Virus record (IMG/VR): IMGVR_UViG_3300031996_000006
Location: 1-59,849 of that record
Source: a virus
Taxonomy: Duplodnaviria > Caudoviricetes
DNA length: 59,849 nt
Direction: 5' to 3' (one strand)
The notes below the pieces were generated by a model. That model did no database searches and was not told the origin of the DNA. It was given only the letters and a program-made list of their open reading frames with translations. Position numbers and translations under genes: made by a program. Position 1 is the first letter of the stretch; each line of letters begins with the position of its first letter. Of the stretch, positions 46,523 to 55,384 are shown piece after piece.

Positions 46523-46754
46523 GAAGAGTATAGAAAACCGTCGCAACTACTGGATGGGTAAATGCTACGGTAAGTTTGTCTCGAAAGAAACTCGTGTGAA
46601 GCTTTTAATCCAGTGGCTCTGGAAAGAAGCTGATTTCGCTAACGACGGACTGAAGGCAACCCCTCTAGTCCCTGAAATCAAGGAACTGCTCTTAAAAGAG
46701 CTTCCGCCTGAATCCCGACGTTTACAAACGTTACGAGAGAATGGTATACTGTGA
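46509..46754 (+). CDS. Hypothetical protein
   Basis: Operon ORF; RR..WM motif similar to the upstream gene. Confidence 0.6.
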   Translation: MKSSKKSIENRRNYWMGKCYGKFVSKETRVKLLIQWLWKEADFANDGLKATPLVPEIKELLLKELPPESRRLQTLRENGIL

Positions 46755-47002
46755 TTACTATGGAAATGGCTCTGGTTGAGATCAGTACCGGACGGTGGTC
46801 AGGTGCTGTCTTCCTAATTGAGATTGACCCAGAGACCGACGAGCCAATCTCGCCTTTTGACATCTCTACTGACGGTCGGGTTGTCTACAACGAAGATCAC
46901 ACCAGAATTATCGGTGAGCGATACGCTAGTGAAATCCACCTTAACTCTTTGAACGACCCTCGTGACGACCCGCATTCTTCTCTGAATAATGAAGGAAATT
47001 AA
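46751..47002 (+). CDS. Acidic hypothetical protein
   Basis: GTGA coupling. Confidence 0.6.
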   Translation: MITMEMALVEISTGRWSGAVFLIEIDPETDEPISPFDISTDGRVVYNEDHTRIIGERYASEIHLNSLNDPRDDPHSSLNNEGN

Positions 47003-47257
47003 ATGGCCCGCTGTGGATGGTGTGGTACTTCCCAACTTCAGAACTCATCCACTAAAGGACTAGAATCTCATAGCCCCTCCTGGTCTAACCGTCCATGTGA
47101 GGGGTTTTCTAGTTGGATGACCCGACCTATTGCTATCGCTAGAACGGAAGGCACATCGAGGACTACCTCTTTGCCGTCCCATGTCCGACTGGAGAATGAC
47201 GTTATTCGGGTTAAATTCCCGAAAACCCTGCCCCCGCCGTCATCCCGCTCAGCTTAG
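47003..47257 (+). CDS. Hypothetical protein (CxxC..H..C)
   Basis: AAGGA RBS; followed by a hairpin at about 47264-47308. Confidence 0.6.
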   Translation: MARCGWCGTSQLQNSSTKGLESHSPSWSNRPCEGFSSWMTRPIAIARTEGTSRTTSLPSHVRLENDVIRVKFPKTLPPPSSRSA

Positions 47258-47372
47258 AAATGAGAAAACCCCCGACTGAAACTAAATCGCTTCAGGCGGG
47301 GGATTTCTCGACCTCACAGATACCTGCTCCCAATCAGGCTCTGTCCCCCTAGCATACCAACACCCCGAGGCC

Positions 47373-47663
47373 ATGTCACCGCGACCTTCCAGGAATAAGC
47401 CTCCGTCTACCCGGTCACTGAGGAGACACCTTCCCACACACTCTGAAATCAGGGTATGCGGACAAATAGTCTCCAATCAGTACAACCTAATCTGTCTCCT
47501 TCCTCCAACTGTTCCACACGAAACCCATGCCGCCATTGGGGCTACTCCCTCCGATGCGTACCTCTTGACCAGAGATCCCGACGGCAATGTGTGGATGCAA
47601 ATTCACAAGCCGTCTGGAGAGTTAAAATGGGAAATCGTAGAAACCCTTTCACCGAACGAGTAA
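47373..47663 (+). CDS. Hypothetical protein
   Basis: ORF upstream of the FtsK-like gene. Confidence 0.55.
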   Translation: MSPRPSRNKPPSTRSLRRHLPTHSEIRVCGQIVSNQYNLICLLPPTVPHETHAAIGATPSDAYLLTRDPDGNVWMQIHKPSGELKWEIVETLSPNE

Positions 47664-49321
47664 CCGTAGTCAATAAGCGGACTATCGGTGGAGGCTGGTC
47701 CTTAAGGGACCTTTTTGTCGTCCCTGTCTCCATCCTTATCCCCTTTCATCTTGCCGTCCTCATCTTCAAGAAATGGCCTTACGTTGTCTGTTCCCTTCTC
47801 TTCCTATACACACTCATTACCACCAATCTCGCCTTCGCAATACTCGCTACCATCACCGGTGTCCTCCTTGGGAATTCCATTAGGGTTCTACGACTCTATC
47901 GACAGCACTCCACCATCCCACTCGCAGGAATCATCCGAGGCTTCCGCTACATCATCCGATTCCGCAAGCAATGGCACAAAGCAGCCACCCGATCTAAGCT
48001 CGGTATCCGAACCCCCTCTAGTTTTATCACGCCTAAAATCCGTTCTTTGGAAATTGGGGATTCTACCGGACACTCGGTCCGCGCTTATATTGACCTCGGC
48101 AAAGCCGCCCAAACGGTAGAGGATCTAGAAAAGGCGCAAGAGCGGATCTGCTCGATTATGTACGCGCAATCTGCTACTACGTCTTACATTGCTCCTGGTG
48201 AGGCTGAGTTCCACATCTCTTGGCTCCCATCCACCGTCTCCTCCCGACCGACTGCCCAGGACCCTTGGCTCACCAGCCCTGAGCAGCGTCGTCTGCCGGT
48301 CATGGATCTGAACTCGCCTCCTACCGGCCGAGCGCACATCGACCTCGGCAGATCCGTATTAATCGGAGGAGAGACCGGCACCGGTAAGTCCAATCTGATT
48401 TGGGACATGCTTAGGCAACTCAACCAACAGGAAATCGATTACGATCTTATCGTCATCGACCCGTCTGGTGGAGTGGAGCTAGAAGAGCTTCGTGATGGTG
48501 TCCACACCCGAAAGTATGCAGACACTCCTCAAAAGGCTGACGAAGCAATCAAGATCTTCATCCAACAAATGTTCAAGCGACTTGACTGGATGAAGAATAA
48601 CAAGACTCGTCGTCACATCCCGACCAAGGAACATCCATTCACCATCCTGATTGTGGATGAGCTTATCAACTGTCCCATCTTGTTCAAGGGGAAGGTTGGT
48701 CAAGACAACCTACTTGCCCAAGCTATCTCTATGGGTAGGAAAGCAGGCTTCGTTGTCTGGGCTAACTCTCAGCTTGGTCAAAAAGACGTAGTCACCCACA
48801 TTCGAGACCTCTTCCCTCAGCGTGTCTGTTTCGGTACGCACTCTGATGACCTTACGGATTCTGTTCTTGGTACCGGAGCAACTACTCATGGAGCTACCTG
48901 TCATCTTCTCCGTGAGCCAGGTGTGGGCTATGTCTGGACCAACCAATTTAATGCGTATGAGCGCTTCCGCTCTCCACTCATCACGAATACCCGCTCTATT
49001 GCTCAGGGCGGTCTACAGGTTCTTCCGGAGTCTCCTACTCGACGTAAGTTTAGACGCCAACCGTCTACCGGTCCGACTTATGTCTACCAGCTCTTTGATT
49101 CCCTCTCTGCATCCGAACCAGTCTATGTAGGGATCACCGACAATATTAACCGTCGGTTCCGAGAGCATTCCAAAGACAAAGAGTGGTTCCCTTCTGTCAT
49201 CCACCAGAGGACCCTAGTCCACCTCTATCCCACTCGCCTTGAAGCTAAGGCTCAAGAGTCAGCTCTCATCGACTCCTTCCAACCCAAATACAATGTCCAA
49301 GAGAGGACACCCCTGTCATGA
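47627..49321 (+). CDS. FtsK/SpoIIIE (TraB-like) membrane ATPase fused to a C-terminal GIY-YIG nuclease
   Basis: N-terminal TMs; GGETGTGKS, IDP.GG.E, LIVDE, GRKAG, Q motifs; C-terminal YVY..VYVGIT.N..RRF.EH..E...I....PKYN. Confidence 0.9.
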   Translation: MGNRRNPFTERVTVVNKRTIGGGWSLRDLFVVPVSILIPFHLAVLIFKKWPYVVCSLLFLYTLITTNLAFAILATITGVLLGNSIRVLRLYRQHSTIPLAGIIRGFRYIIRFRKQWHKAATRSKLGIRTPSSFITPKIRSLEIGDSTGHSVRAYIDLGKAAQTVEDLEKAQERICSIMYAQSATTSYIAPGEAEFHISWLPSTVSSRPTAQDPWLTSPEQRRLPVMDLNSPPTGRAHIDLGRSVLIGGETGTGKSNLIWDMLRQLNQQEIDYDLIVIDPSGGVELEELRDGVHTRKYADTPQKADEAIKIFIQQMFKRLDWMKNNKTRRHIPTKEHPFTILIVDELINCPILFKGKVGQDNLLAQAISMGRKAGFVVWANSQLGQKDVVTHIRDLFPQRVCFGTHSDDLTDSVLGTGATTHGATCHLLREPGVGYVWTNQFNAYERFRSPLITNTRSIAQGGLQVLPESPTRRKFRRQPSTGPTYVYQLFDSLSASEPVYVGITDNINRRFREHSKDKEWFPSVIHQRTLVHLYPTRLEAKAQESALIDSFQPKYNVQERTPLS

Positions 49322-49593
49322 GTCTTCCGAACGTACAGTATGTCTTCGCACAGAACTTCACTGAGTTCCGGAACTTCTGTTCTTTCAATGGCTGGAGCAC
49401 TCATGACCCTGACGTCGTGTTCGTCGCGACCGCTGAGACCTTCCAGGCGGTCGCTACGCCTCCAGACCCCACCCTCTACCAGGTCCATGTCTTGCCCGGC
49501 TTTGAGGACCGCTCAGACGTCCGTGAGATCCTCGCTGCCGCGCAATCTTGTGGTCTCTCGACTGGTCACCTACACCCTACCCAGGATCGTTAA
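49318..49593 (+). CDS. Hypothetical protein
   Basis: ATGA coupling; GAGG RBS. Confidence 0.7.
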   Translation: MSLPNVQYVFAQNFTEFRNFCSFNGWSTHDPDVVFVATAETFQAVATPPDPTLYQVHVLPGFEDRSDVREILAAAQSCGLSTGHLHPTQDR

Positions 49594-49781
49594 GAGATTT
49601 AGTACCAGCTACCAAGCTGTGTGCAGCGGAGGGGAGGGGGTAAGTAAATTGAGACGGATAGAGGAGTTGTGGGGCGCGCCAGCGCCCCACAATGGCTATC
49701 TGTCATGATTTATGTGCTCCTACACTCGCGTCGAATGACCACCTAGCCACCCACTCACCGTCCACAACTTCAGAGCACACA

Positions 49782-49822
49782 GAAAAGCCCCGGAGGACTC
49801 AAAGTCAACTCCGGGGCTTTTC
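49782..49822. terminator. Bidirectional terminator
   Basis: AAAGCCCCGGAG / CTCCGGGGCTTT stem between convergent units. Confidence 0.8.
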
Positions 49823-49958
49823 CTATATTCCGGGTATACTTTCCGTCTCAGTCAGCGTGTAGCTCCCCAGTTACACACTGTCTGAAGCAATCCCGGATTG
49901 TCTCAACACTTACAGAACCGGATGGGTCTCATGCATGTGTAGCAGAGTCTCACCGACC

Positions 49959-50147
49959 TCAGCCCTTTCGATTACCATCATTCAACACGTTAGTTGTCTT
50001 GTCGAATAGAGTCCTCTGCCCCTTGACAGGCAGGATGGCATCGATAGCTTGAGCGGCGATCCAAATCCCATCCATGATGATAACGGCTCCTACCTCGAAA
50101 GTAAAGAGGAACCCAAGAATGGCCCCTCTCTTGATCTTAGCCCACAT
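49959..50147 (-). CDS. Small membrane protein
   Basis: Hydrophobic segment; GAGG RBS. Confidence 0.6.
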   Translation of the reverse strand: MWAKIKRGAILGFLFTFEVGAVIIMDGIWIAAQAIDAILPVKGQRTLFDKTTNVLNDGNRKG

Positions 50148-50176
50148 GGTCTAGAGTCGTGCCTTCCTCTTCAGCT

Positions 50177-50389
50177 TCAGCCTTCTACCTTGAAAGTGAC
50201 AGTGGACTTGTCATCCCACTTACTAATCTTAACCTTCAGGTTCAACTGACGAGCCATGCTCTTAATAGCCTGCTCAATGGCCTTCTGATTACAGTCCCGG
50301 ATGATCTGCCAGCCCTTACCCTTCTTTGACTTCAAGATAACCTTACCAGCAGAGTTCTCTGCCTGGACCTGTGTAACCTCGTCGGTCAT
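50177..50389 (-). CDS. Small basic hypothetical protein
   Basis: AAGGA RBS; TGTAGAATAG upstream; resembles the C-terminal part of 50506-51123. Confidence 0.65.
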   Translation of the reverse strand: MTDEVTQVQAENSAGKVILKSKKGKGWQIIRDCNQKAIEQAIKSMARQLNLKVKISKWDDKSTVTFKVEG

Positions 50390-50505
50390 GTCCTTCACAT
50401 CTCCTATTCTACATGTCCATTGGGCAAAAGGAAACCCCCTCACCACCGGAGTAGTGAGGGGGCTTCTCGGGACGTGCGGCGTTTTCCCCTTAGGTACTGT
50501 CAGTC

Positions 50506-51123
50506 TCACTCGTCCCGGTCGTCGGAACCAGCATCCTCATTGGAGTTCTCGTCAAGCGCAGCCTGACCGTTCCCACCCTCGGCCTTCGCCTGGCGCTTCT
50601 GCTTGTCACGGATCATGAACTCCACGTACTCATCCGTGATGTTCAGCTCCATACCGAGACCGTGGAAGTGCTGCGACTTCTGAAGCAGCCGCTTGATCGT
50701 CTTTGCGTGCTCACCATTCGCGCCACCCTCGGTGATCGGGACGCGCTTCCAACCCTTGTCCTTGACCTGAAGGACTACATCGTCAAACGGCGATGGCTCC
50801 CGCTTGCGACCGGCCGACGGACGAGTCGGAGTGTAATCCTCAGGCGCGTCCTGAATCTCGAAGGACGGCAGACCTGCAACCGGGGCCTCAGCCACCAGCG
50901 TGTCGCCACCCTCAGCGTTCTCGTACTCCCACTCGTCACTCATGTCGGTCTTCTCCTCGTTACCCTCAGTAGGGTTGTCGTTAGTGTTAGTCGCGGTACT
51001 TACTGCGTTGTCTTCAGTGTAGCTATCATCTTCAGGCTCTGCAACTGGCTCTGGGTTCTGATTCTTCTTCGTGAATCTTCCACCCTTACCACGCTTCATC
51101 GCCCTCGCTGCTGCGTTAGGCAT
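50506..51123 (-). CDS. Hypothetical protein with acidic linkers
   Basis: Host-like codon pattern; possible internal start at 50943. Confidence 0.75.
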   Translation of the reverse strand: MPNAAARAMKRGKGGRFTKKNQNPEPVAEPEDDSYTEDNAVSTATNTNDNPTEGNEEKTDMSDEWEYENAEGGDTLVAEAPVAGLPSFEIQDAPEDYTPTRPSAGRKREPSPFDDVVLQVKDKGWKRVPITEGGANGEHAKTIKRLLQKSQHFHGLGMELNITDEYVEFMIRDKQKRQAKAEGGNGQAALDENSNEDAGSDDRDE

Positions 51124-51127
51124 AAGA

Positions 51128-51397
51128 TCAATCCTTGGTGGTGTTCTTGGGGTTGTCCTCAACAATACTGGCGGAACCGGCATTCGGCAAGTCTGAAGTG
51201 GGGAGCGATTCAGTCTTGTAAGCCGGGACACCCTTGCGCAAACGCATACGGGTTGAAGCTCCGGCTTTGATCGTGTAGCCGCGGGCGAGCGCGACGGCCT
51301 GGTAGACCGTCTGGGTCTTGCGGGGAGCGGTGCCGTCCACGACGTGCGTCGACACCAGGCGGGGAGCGGGCTTCTTGGGTGAGAGTGCCTCAGGCAT
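51128..51397 (-). CDS. Basic hypothetical protein
   Basis: GAAAGG RBS. Confidence 0.7.
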   Translation of the reverse strand: MPEALSPKKPAPRLVSTHVVDGTAPRKTQTVYQAVALARGYTIKAGASTRMRLRKGVPAYKTESLPTSDLPNAGSASIVEDNPKNTTKD

Positions 51398-51437
51398 GAG
51401 AGAGCCTTTCAGATCCTTGGGAGATCTATCTATGAGG

Positions 51438-51686
51438 TCATGCAGCGGAGTCCGATGGGACCCGTTCGATGGTGATTCGCTCTACGTGAATCCCCGGTAG
51501 GTTCGCAATGTCATCGGGAGCTACACTTTGTGCGTTCCTGATTGCGACTGTAACAACTTTCGTAGCAATAGTCCTAAGGGCCTGATCGCTACAATCGATG
51601 CTACCATTGGCTCGGGCGAGAAGCAACTCTGTGTATGCGGCTGAGTACGCGGCTTGCCACTCATCCTCAGTGGTGAATCCCATCAT
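51438..51686 (-). CDS. Hypothetical protein
   Basis: Operon ORF with GAGG RBS. Confidence 0.65.
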   Translation of the reverse strand: MMGFTTEDEWQAAYSAAYTELLLARANGSIDCSDQALRTIATKVVTVAIRNAQSVAPDDIANLPGIHVERITIERVPSDSAA

Positions 51687-52080
51687 GGATCTCGGTATCC
51701 TCATTGATCGTCGGAGTGAGGAACTGAACACTTGCCATTGCTGTCAAGGCGCGTGTTGCAAATCCAACTAGCGAGCCCATCGAGCGACCGGACGAGATAC
51801 GTACAGCGGTCACTGGATCGATGGCGGCCGCCGACCGCATGTGATCGTCTGCGGTAGCTTCTCCCTGCTCGGAAGGCCAGGCAGCTACAGGGATCATTCC
51901 CAATGGAGCCCCTACACCTTCCGCTATCCTTGTCGGATTCAAGTTCGGGATGGTCTCGGAACTCTCGATGTCCACAGATACAGACTCTTTCTGTAGGATC
52001 TGTAAATGGACCGGGGTCGACTTGTTGCGTTTCCACAGTCGTGAAATCCCCTCAGACTTACGGTGTCGTCCAGCCGCCAT
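51667..52080 (-). CDS. Hypothetical protein; the overlapping Cys-containing ORF 51701-52036 in another frame is an alternative
   Basis: Two same-strand overlapping ORFs; reading frame ambiguous. Confidence 0.45.
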   Translation of the reverse strand: MAAGRHRKSEGISRLWKRNKSTPVHLQILQKESVSVDIESSETIPNLNPTRIAEGVGAPLGMIPVAAWPSEQGEATADDHMRSAAAIDPVTAVRISSGRSMGSLVGFATRALTAMASVQFLTPTINEDTEIHDGIHH

Positions 52081-52086
52081 AACCTA

Positions 52087-52515
52087 TCACACCCCGCAAT
52101 CGTCATTCGACGCTGATTCCATACCGTTCAGCGATGCGTGCAGTAGAGAGAGCAACCGCATCTGAGCCCAGTAACCCGACTTTGCTTTTTCTTTAAAGTC
52201 TTCACGCTCGTAAACGAATTTCCAGGCTCGGTCATCCGTACTGGTAGTTGCGTGCCACAACACGGGGACGCCAAAAGAAATCACGACGTAGTCAGGCTCA
52301 TCCAATAGGATTGCCAGTTTGGCATCTAAAGGAATATCAGCACCTTGTGCCAATTGGGCTACTCGGGCTGACTCCAGCTTGGTTAACGGCTTCCCTTGAA
52401 AGGAAGTAGATCCGTTTCGCCACTTACGGTGCATATATAAGTGGTCACGTAGAGTGAGCCAAGACATCTTGTTTGTGAAGATGTAAGTGTGGGTGTCAAC
52501 CCCGTTGCTTCCCAT
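52087..52515 (-). CDS. Hypothetical protein, related to 56893-57213
   Basis: TTGTGC-N17-TAGATT-N6-ATG; DYVVISFGVPVLW motif. Confidence 0.75.
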   Translation of the reverse strand: MGSNGVDTHTYIFTNKMSWLTLRDHLYMHRKWRNGSTSFQGKPLTKLESARVAQLAQGADIPLDAKLAILLDEPDYVVISFGVPVLWHATTSTDDRAWKFVYEREDFKEKAKSGYWAQMRLLSLLHASLNGMESASNDDCGV

Positions 52516-52723
52516 GCAAGGAATCTACACCCACAAATACAGCGGCACAACCTAGATGGTTACTCCGAACGGGTACTGCTCTTCACTACCGACGGCTCCT
52601 TAGGGCGTAGGCACACAGGAATAGGATCCCAATTAGAATCCACATGGATGAGGCAGGAAGATTACTAGGCCAGTTCCAGAGTACGAATCCTGACGCTACT
52701 AGAGCCAACAGGTACCAGAACAC

Positions 52724-52963
52724 TTAATACTCCTCTACATGCTTTGCTTTCCTTCTAACGTGGGCAAGCCAAGAGTGATACGGAACGTTGTCAGACTGGT
52801 AAGTCCACTTGCTTTTGCTTCCGCATTTGCAGATCCAACGCCAGGCCGTTCCACCAAGTTCTGCTTGGTCCCATATCTCCAAATTGAACCTGTGATCTCC
52901 GACTTCAGTGACGTTTTCCTTTCCCTTATGGTCTGGACAGTCACATGTCTTACTTCTGATCAT
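52724..52963 (-). CDS. Small Zn-binding protein
   Basis: H...W.CKCG...W..H. Confidence 0.6.
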   Translation of the reverse strand: MIRSKTCDCPDHKGKENVTEVGDHRFNLEIWDQAELGGTAWRWICKCGSKSKWTYQSDNVPYHSWLAHVRRKAKHVEEY

Positions 52964-52965
52964 GA

Positions 52966-53130
52966 CTACACATCGCGTGCAGAGATCTGAATGACAGGCT
53001 CACCAGGTGTGGTGTAGAAGAGATCCCACGCTAGTACACCAGGGCAGCGAGCCCATGTCTCGATAGTGTCTGTCTCGATTCCCTGATTCAGCAAGTCTTC
53101 AATCTTCTCTACGATCTGCTCTTCATCCAT
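52966..53130 (-). CDS. Small acidic protein
   Basis: GAGG RBS; operon position. Confidence 0.6.
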   Translation of the reverse strand: MDEEQIVEKIEDLLNQGIETDTIETWARCPGVLAWDLFYTTPGEPVIQISARDV

Positions 53131-53131
53131 G

Positions 53132-53359
53132 TCAATCCTCATCTGGCGGGAACAGCTCGTCAAAGCACTCAGGACAGGTACCTGAGATCATCTTCTCGCG
53201 CTCGTTATCTGATTTCTCTGGCCAGACGTCCTGAATGTGGGCTCCGTAGACCCAACGGTGAACCTTGCTCTTGTCCTCAACGAAAGTGTGCTTCTTATTG
53301 CAAATTACACATTTAGTCTCGAAGGTAACCTGAGATCCGTTGTCGTTCTTGACGAACAT
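53132..53359 (-). CDS. Small Zn-ribbon protein
   Basis: CVIC...IQD..P.....RE..ISG.CPECFD. Confidence 0.8.
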   Translation of the reverse strand: MFVKNDNGSQVTFETKCVICNKKHTFVEDKSKVHRWVYGAHIQDVWPEKSDNEREKMISGTCPECFDELFPPDED

Positions 53360-53360
53360 G

Positions 53361-53606
53361 TCACTTCCCCTTCCTAGATGAGCACTTCAGATTCGAGCAT
53401 ACACCACTCGGGTTCAATCGGCAATTGCAACGTCCACACCAGTTTGAGCCGTTCTTAGTGAAATGACCTTCTGGGTGCGGAACTTGCTTCGTCTTCCCCT
53501 TCTTGTTCTTCACTGTGACTGCGAGCGTCGACTTTCCTTCATCCTGGCACTTGCAGGTGTGGACCGATCCCTTGCAAACCGGGCACTTCATCAACTTGAA
53601 CGCCAT
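53361..53606 (-). CDS. Cys-rich basic protein
   Basis: TTCCCA-N17-TACACT-N6-ATG; CPVC, CKC, CGRC, C..C. Confidence 0.7.
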   Translation of the reverse strand: MAFKLMKCPVCKGSVHTCKCQDEGKSTLAVTVKNKKGKTKQVPHPEGHFTKNGSNWCGRCNCRLNPSGVCSNLKCSSRKGK

Positions 53607-53659
53607 GCGAGAAGTGTAGCACCCCAAACCGACTGTGGGAACCCACTTGGGAAAGGATA

Positions 53660-53868
53660 TGACCCTCCTTTTTCTAAATAGACCTGTGTAGGAAGGATGA
53701 TGACCCTCCTTTTTTATTTGGGCATGGAAAAAGGGTGACCACCCGAAGATGGTCACCCTCCTTTTTTATATATGACCCTCCTTTTTTATATATGACCCTC
53801 CTTCTTGTAGGGGGTCTATACAGGCGGGGTATATGACCCTCCTTTTTTATTATGACCCTCCTTTTTTA
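53660..53868. repeat. Array of 7 direct repeats, consensus TGACCCTCCTTTTTT
   Basis: Copies at about 53660, 53701, 53753 (TCACCC variant), 53773, 53793, 53834, 53853. Confidence 0.95.
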
Positions 53869-54192
53869 ATCGACTGCGTAGAGTGGGTTGGAGTCCCAAT
53901 CCGGTACCGCAGCGCGCTCGATCCTGAGGAGGATGATCACCGTTTCCCACTCCTGCTCAGTGACCGGCCACGTGCAAACGAACCTCGCAAACTTAGTATT
54001 AAGTTCTTTCGTGATGGTGAATCCGGCACCTTGAAGCTGACGCATCGCCGTGACCAAACGACCCTGCTCGACATCGGTGTAGTACGCGGTCAGGTACCGC
54101 ATGTTCGAGCGCAGTGGAGTCAGGGAGGATATGACTTCGTCCTCCTCCAGTACATCAGTGAGTGTAAGCAAACCGTCGATAAAACCAGACAT
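53866..54192 (-). CDS. Hypothetical protein
   Basis: Likely start MSGFIDG at 54192 with GGAG RBS. Confidence 0.7.
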   Translation of the reverse strand: MSGFIDGLLTLTDVLEEDEVISSLTPLRSNMRYLTAYYTDVEQGRLVTAMRQLQGAGFTITKELNTKFARFVCTWPVTEQEWETVIILLRIERAAVPDWDSNPLYAVD

Positions 54193-54246
54193 GGGAGGCT
54201 CCAGGTTTGAGGTCGGGATCGGATACGGTTTTCGGTTAAAAATTTC

Positions 54247-54425
54247 GCACGCTAACGATTTTCCGTAAAAAATTAAATTTTCCACTAATTTCCAGAAAAA
54301 ATTAGCACGCTAACGATTTTCCGTAAAAAATTTCCTCCGCGTATAGGTCACGTATAGCTGGGATAACCTATTTAGTTACTAAATCCTGAATTTAGTGCTA
54401 ATTTCCAGGATTTAGTGCTAAATTC
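54247..54425. repeat. AT-rich island with a 28-bp perfect direct repeat and palindromes
   Basis: GCACGCTAACGATTTTCCGTAAAAAATT at 54247 and 54305; ATTTAGTGCTAA twice. Confidence 0.9.
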
Positions 54426-54436
54426 CCCAACCTTTC

Positions 54437-54676
54437 CTAGTCTTCGTAGGGGACCTCTGAAGCGGGCATGGGGTCGCACGAGGTGTACCCAGCCGGTCCC
54501 ACGATCGGGCACAACGGCTCCCCATCCTCGTGAGTCCAGACCTCGTGTCGGACGTCCCCGAGCCCACCCGGGTTGGTGATCTCGACATGGGAGACGACGG
54601 GTTCGAAGCACTCCGAACACACCATCTCGGACGCGCGCGTGAAGTGCCAGCGGGCGGAAGCGTTGGTCTCTGTCAT
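54437..54676 (-). CDS. Small Cys/His protein
   Basis: GAGG RBS; CSEC..W.H..C. Confidence 0.7.
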   Translation of the reverse strand: MTETNASARWHFTRASEMVCSECFEPVVSHVEITNPGGLGDVRHEVWTHEDGEPLCPIVGPAGYTSCDPMPASEVPYED

Positions 54677-54712
54677 GACGCAATCCTCTCATGAATTCCG
54701 GCTATGGTCAAG

Positions 54713-54967
54713 TCAGACTCGGTTCCTAGCTTCCCACTCCTGGACTGCCTTCGCGTAGCGGGCGACGCGTACCCGGTTGCGGAGCGCGGCTCCGACCGGC
54801 CCGGTCCAGAAGAAATACGGGATCATGAGGGTGAGGTACCCGAGGATGAACGGCAGCGCGGCCACCAGGAGCAGCAGACCCGCGCCCCCGTGGATGCGGA
54901 AGTTGGGCGGACGGTACCGGCGCGCGCGCACGAGGAGCGGGGCTTCGGGGCGAGGTTCCTTAGTCAT
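54713..54967 (-). CDS. Small membrane protein
   Basis: TACACT-N6-ATG; TM segment. Confidence 0.7.
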   Translation of the reverse strand: MTKEPRPEAPLLVRARRYRPPNFRIHGGAGLLLLVAALPFILGYLTLMIPYFFWTGPVGAALRNRVRVARYAKAVQEWEARNRV

Positions 54968-55294
54968 GTTCTTAGTGTAGCAGGGTTGTCAAGTCTATTC
55001 CGGAGGTCTGATCCCTACATAGGTAAGGGTGCCCTATCGGTTTCGAGCTCCTGGACGTCGGTTGCGTTAGCACACTCTGACCATGATCACAAGGATTTTC
55101 TCTGGGACGTTGATCTTCGTTCCGCGGGTAGGCCCAAGGGGCTCTCAAACGATCTTGTTACAGGGGCTCTCAGGGGCCATTCCGGGGGTCGTAGTGATCC
55201 ACATTCCGGGTCTCTGACTCCTACTCCATTCGGGTGGTAGATTCTGGGCATGAAAAAGCCCCGATGCCTTGACACCGGGGCTCTTCGTGTGCTG

Positions 55295-55384
55295 TCAATC
55301 CTCTGGCCAGACGCGATAGCAATCGTCGTCGTCTACACCCTTGACATTGTCGTAATCGTCATTCCAACCATCGTACGGGTCCAT
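55295..55384 (-). CDS. 29-aa acidic peptide MDPYDGWNDDYDNVKGVDDDDCYRVWPED
   Basis: Translated by hand; TAATG coupling, AAGGA RBS, hairpin downstream. Confidence 0.55.
   Translation of the reverse strand: MDPYDGWNDDYDNVKGVDDDDCYRVWPED

Noticed and set aside
53660-53868. CRISPR mini-array
   Set aside because: Repeats are only about 15 bp with irregular 4-37-bp gaps; no cas operon; the Cas4-like gene is an ordinary phage exonuclease.
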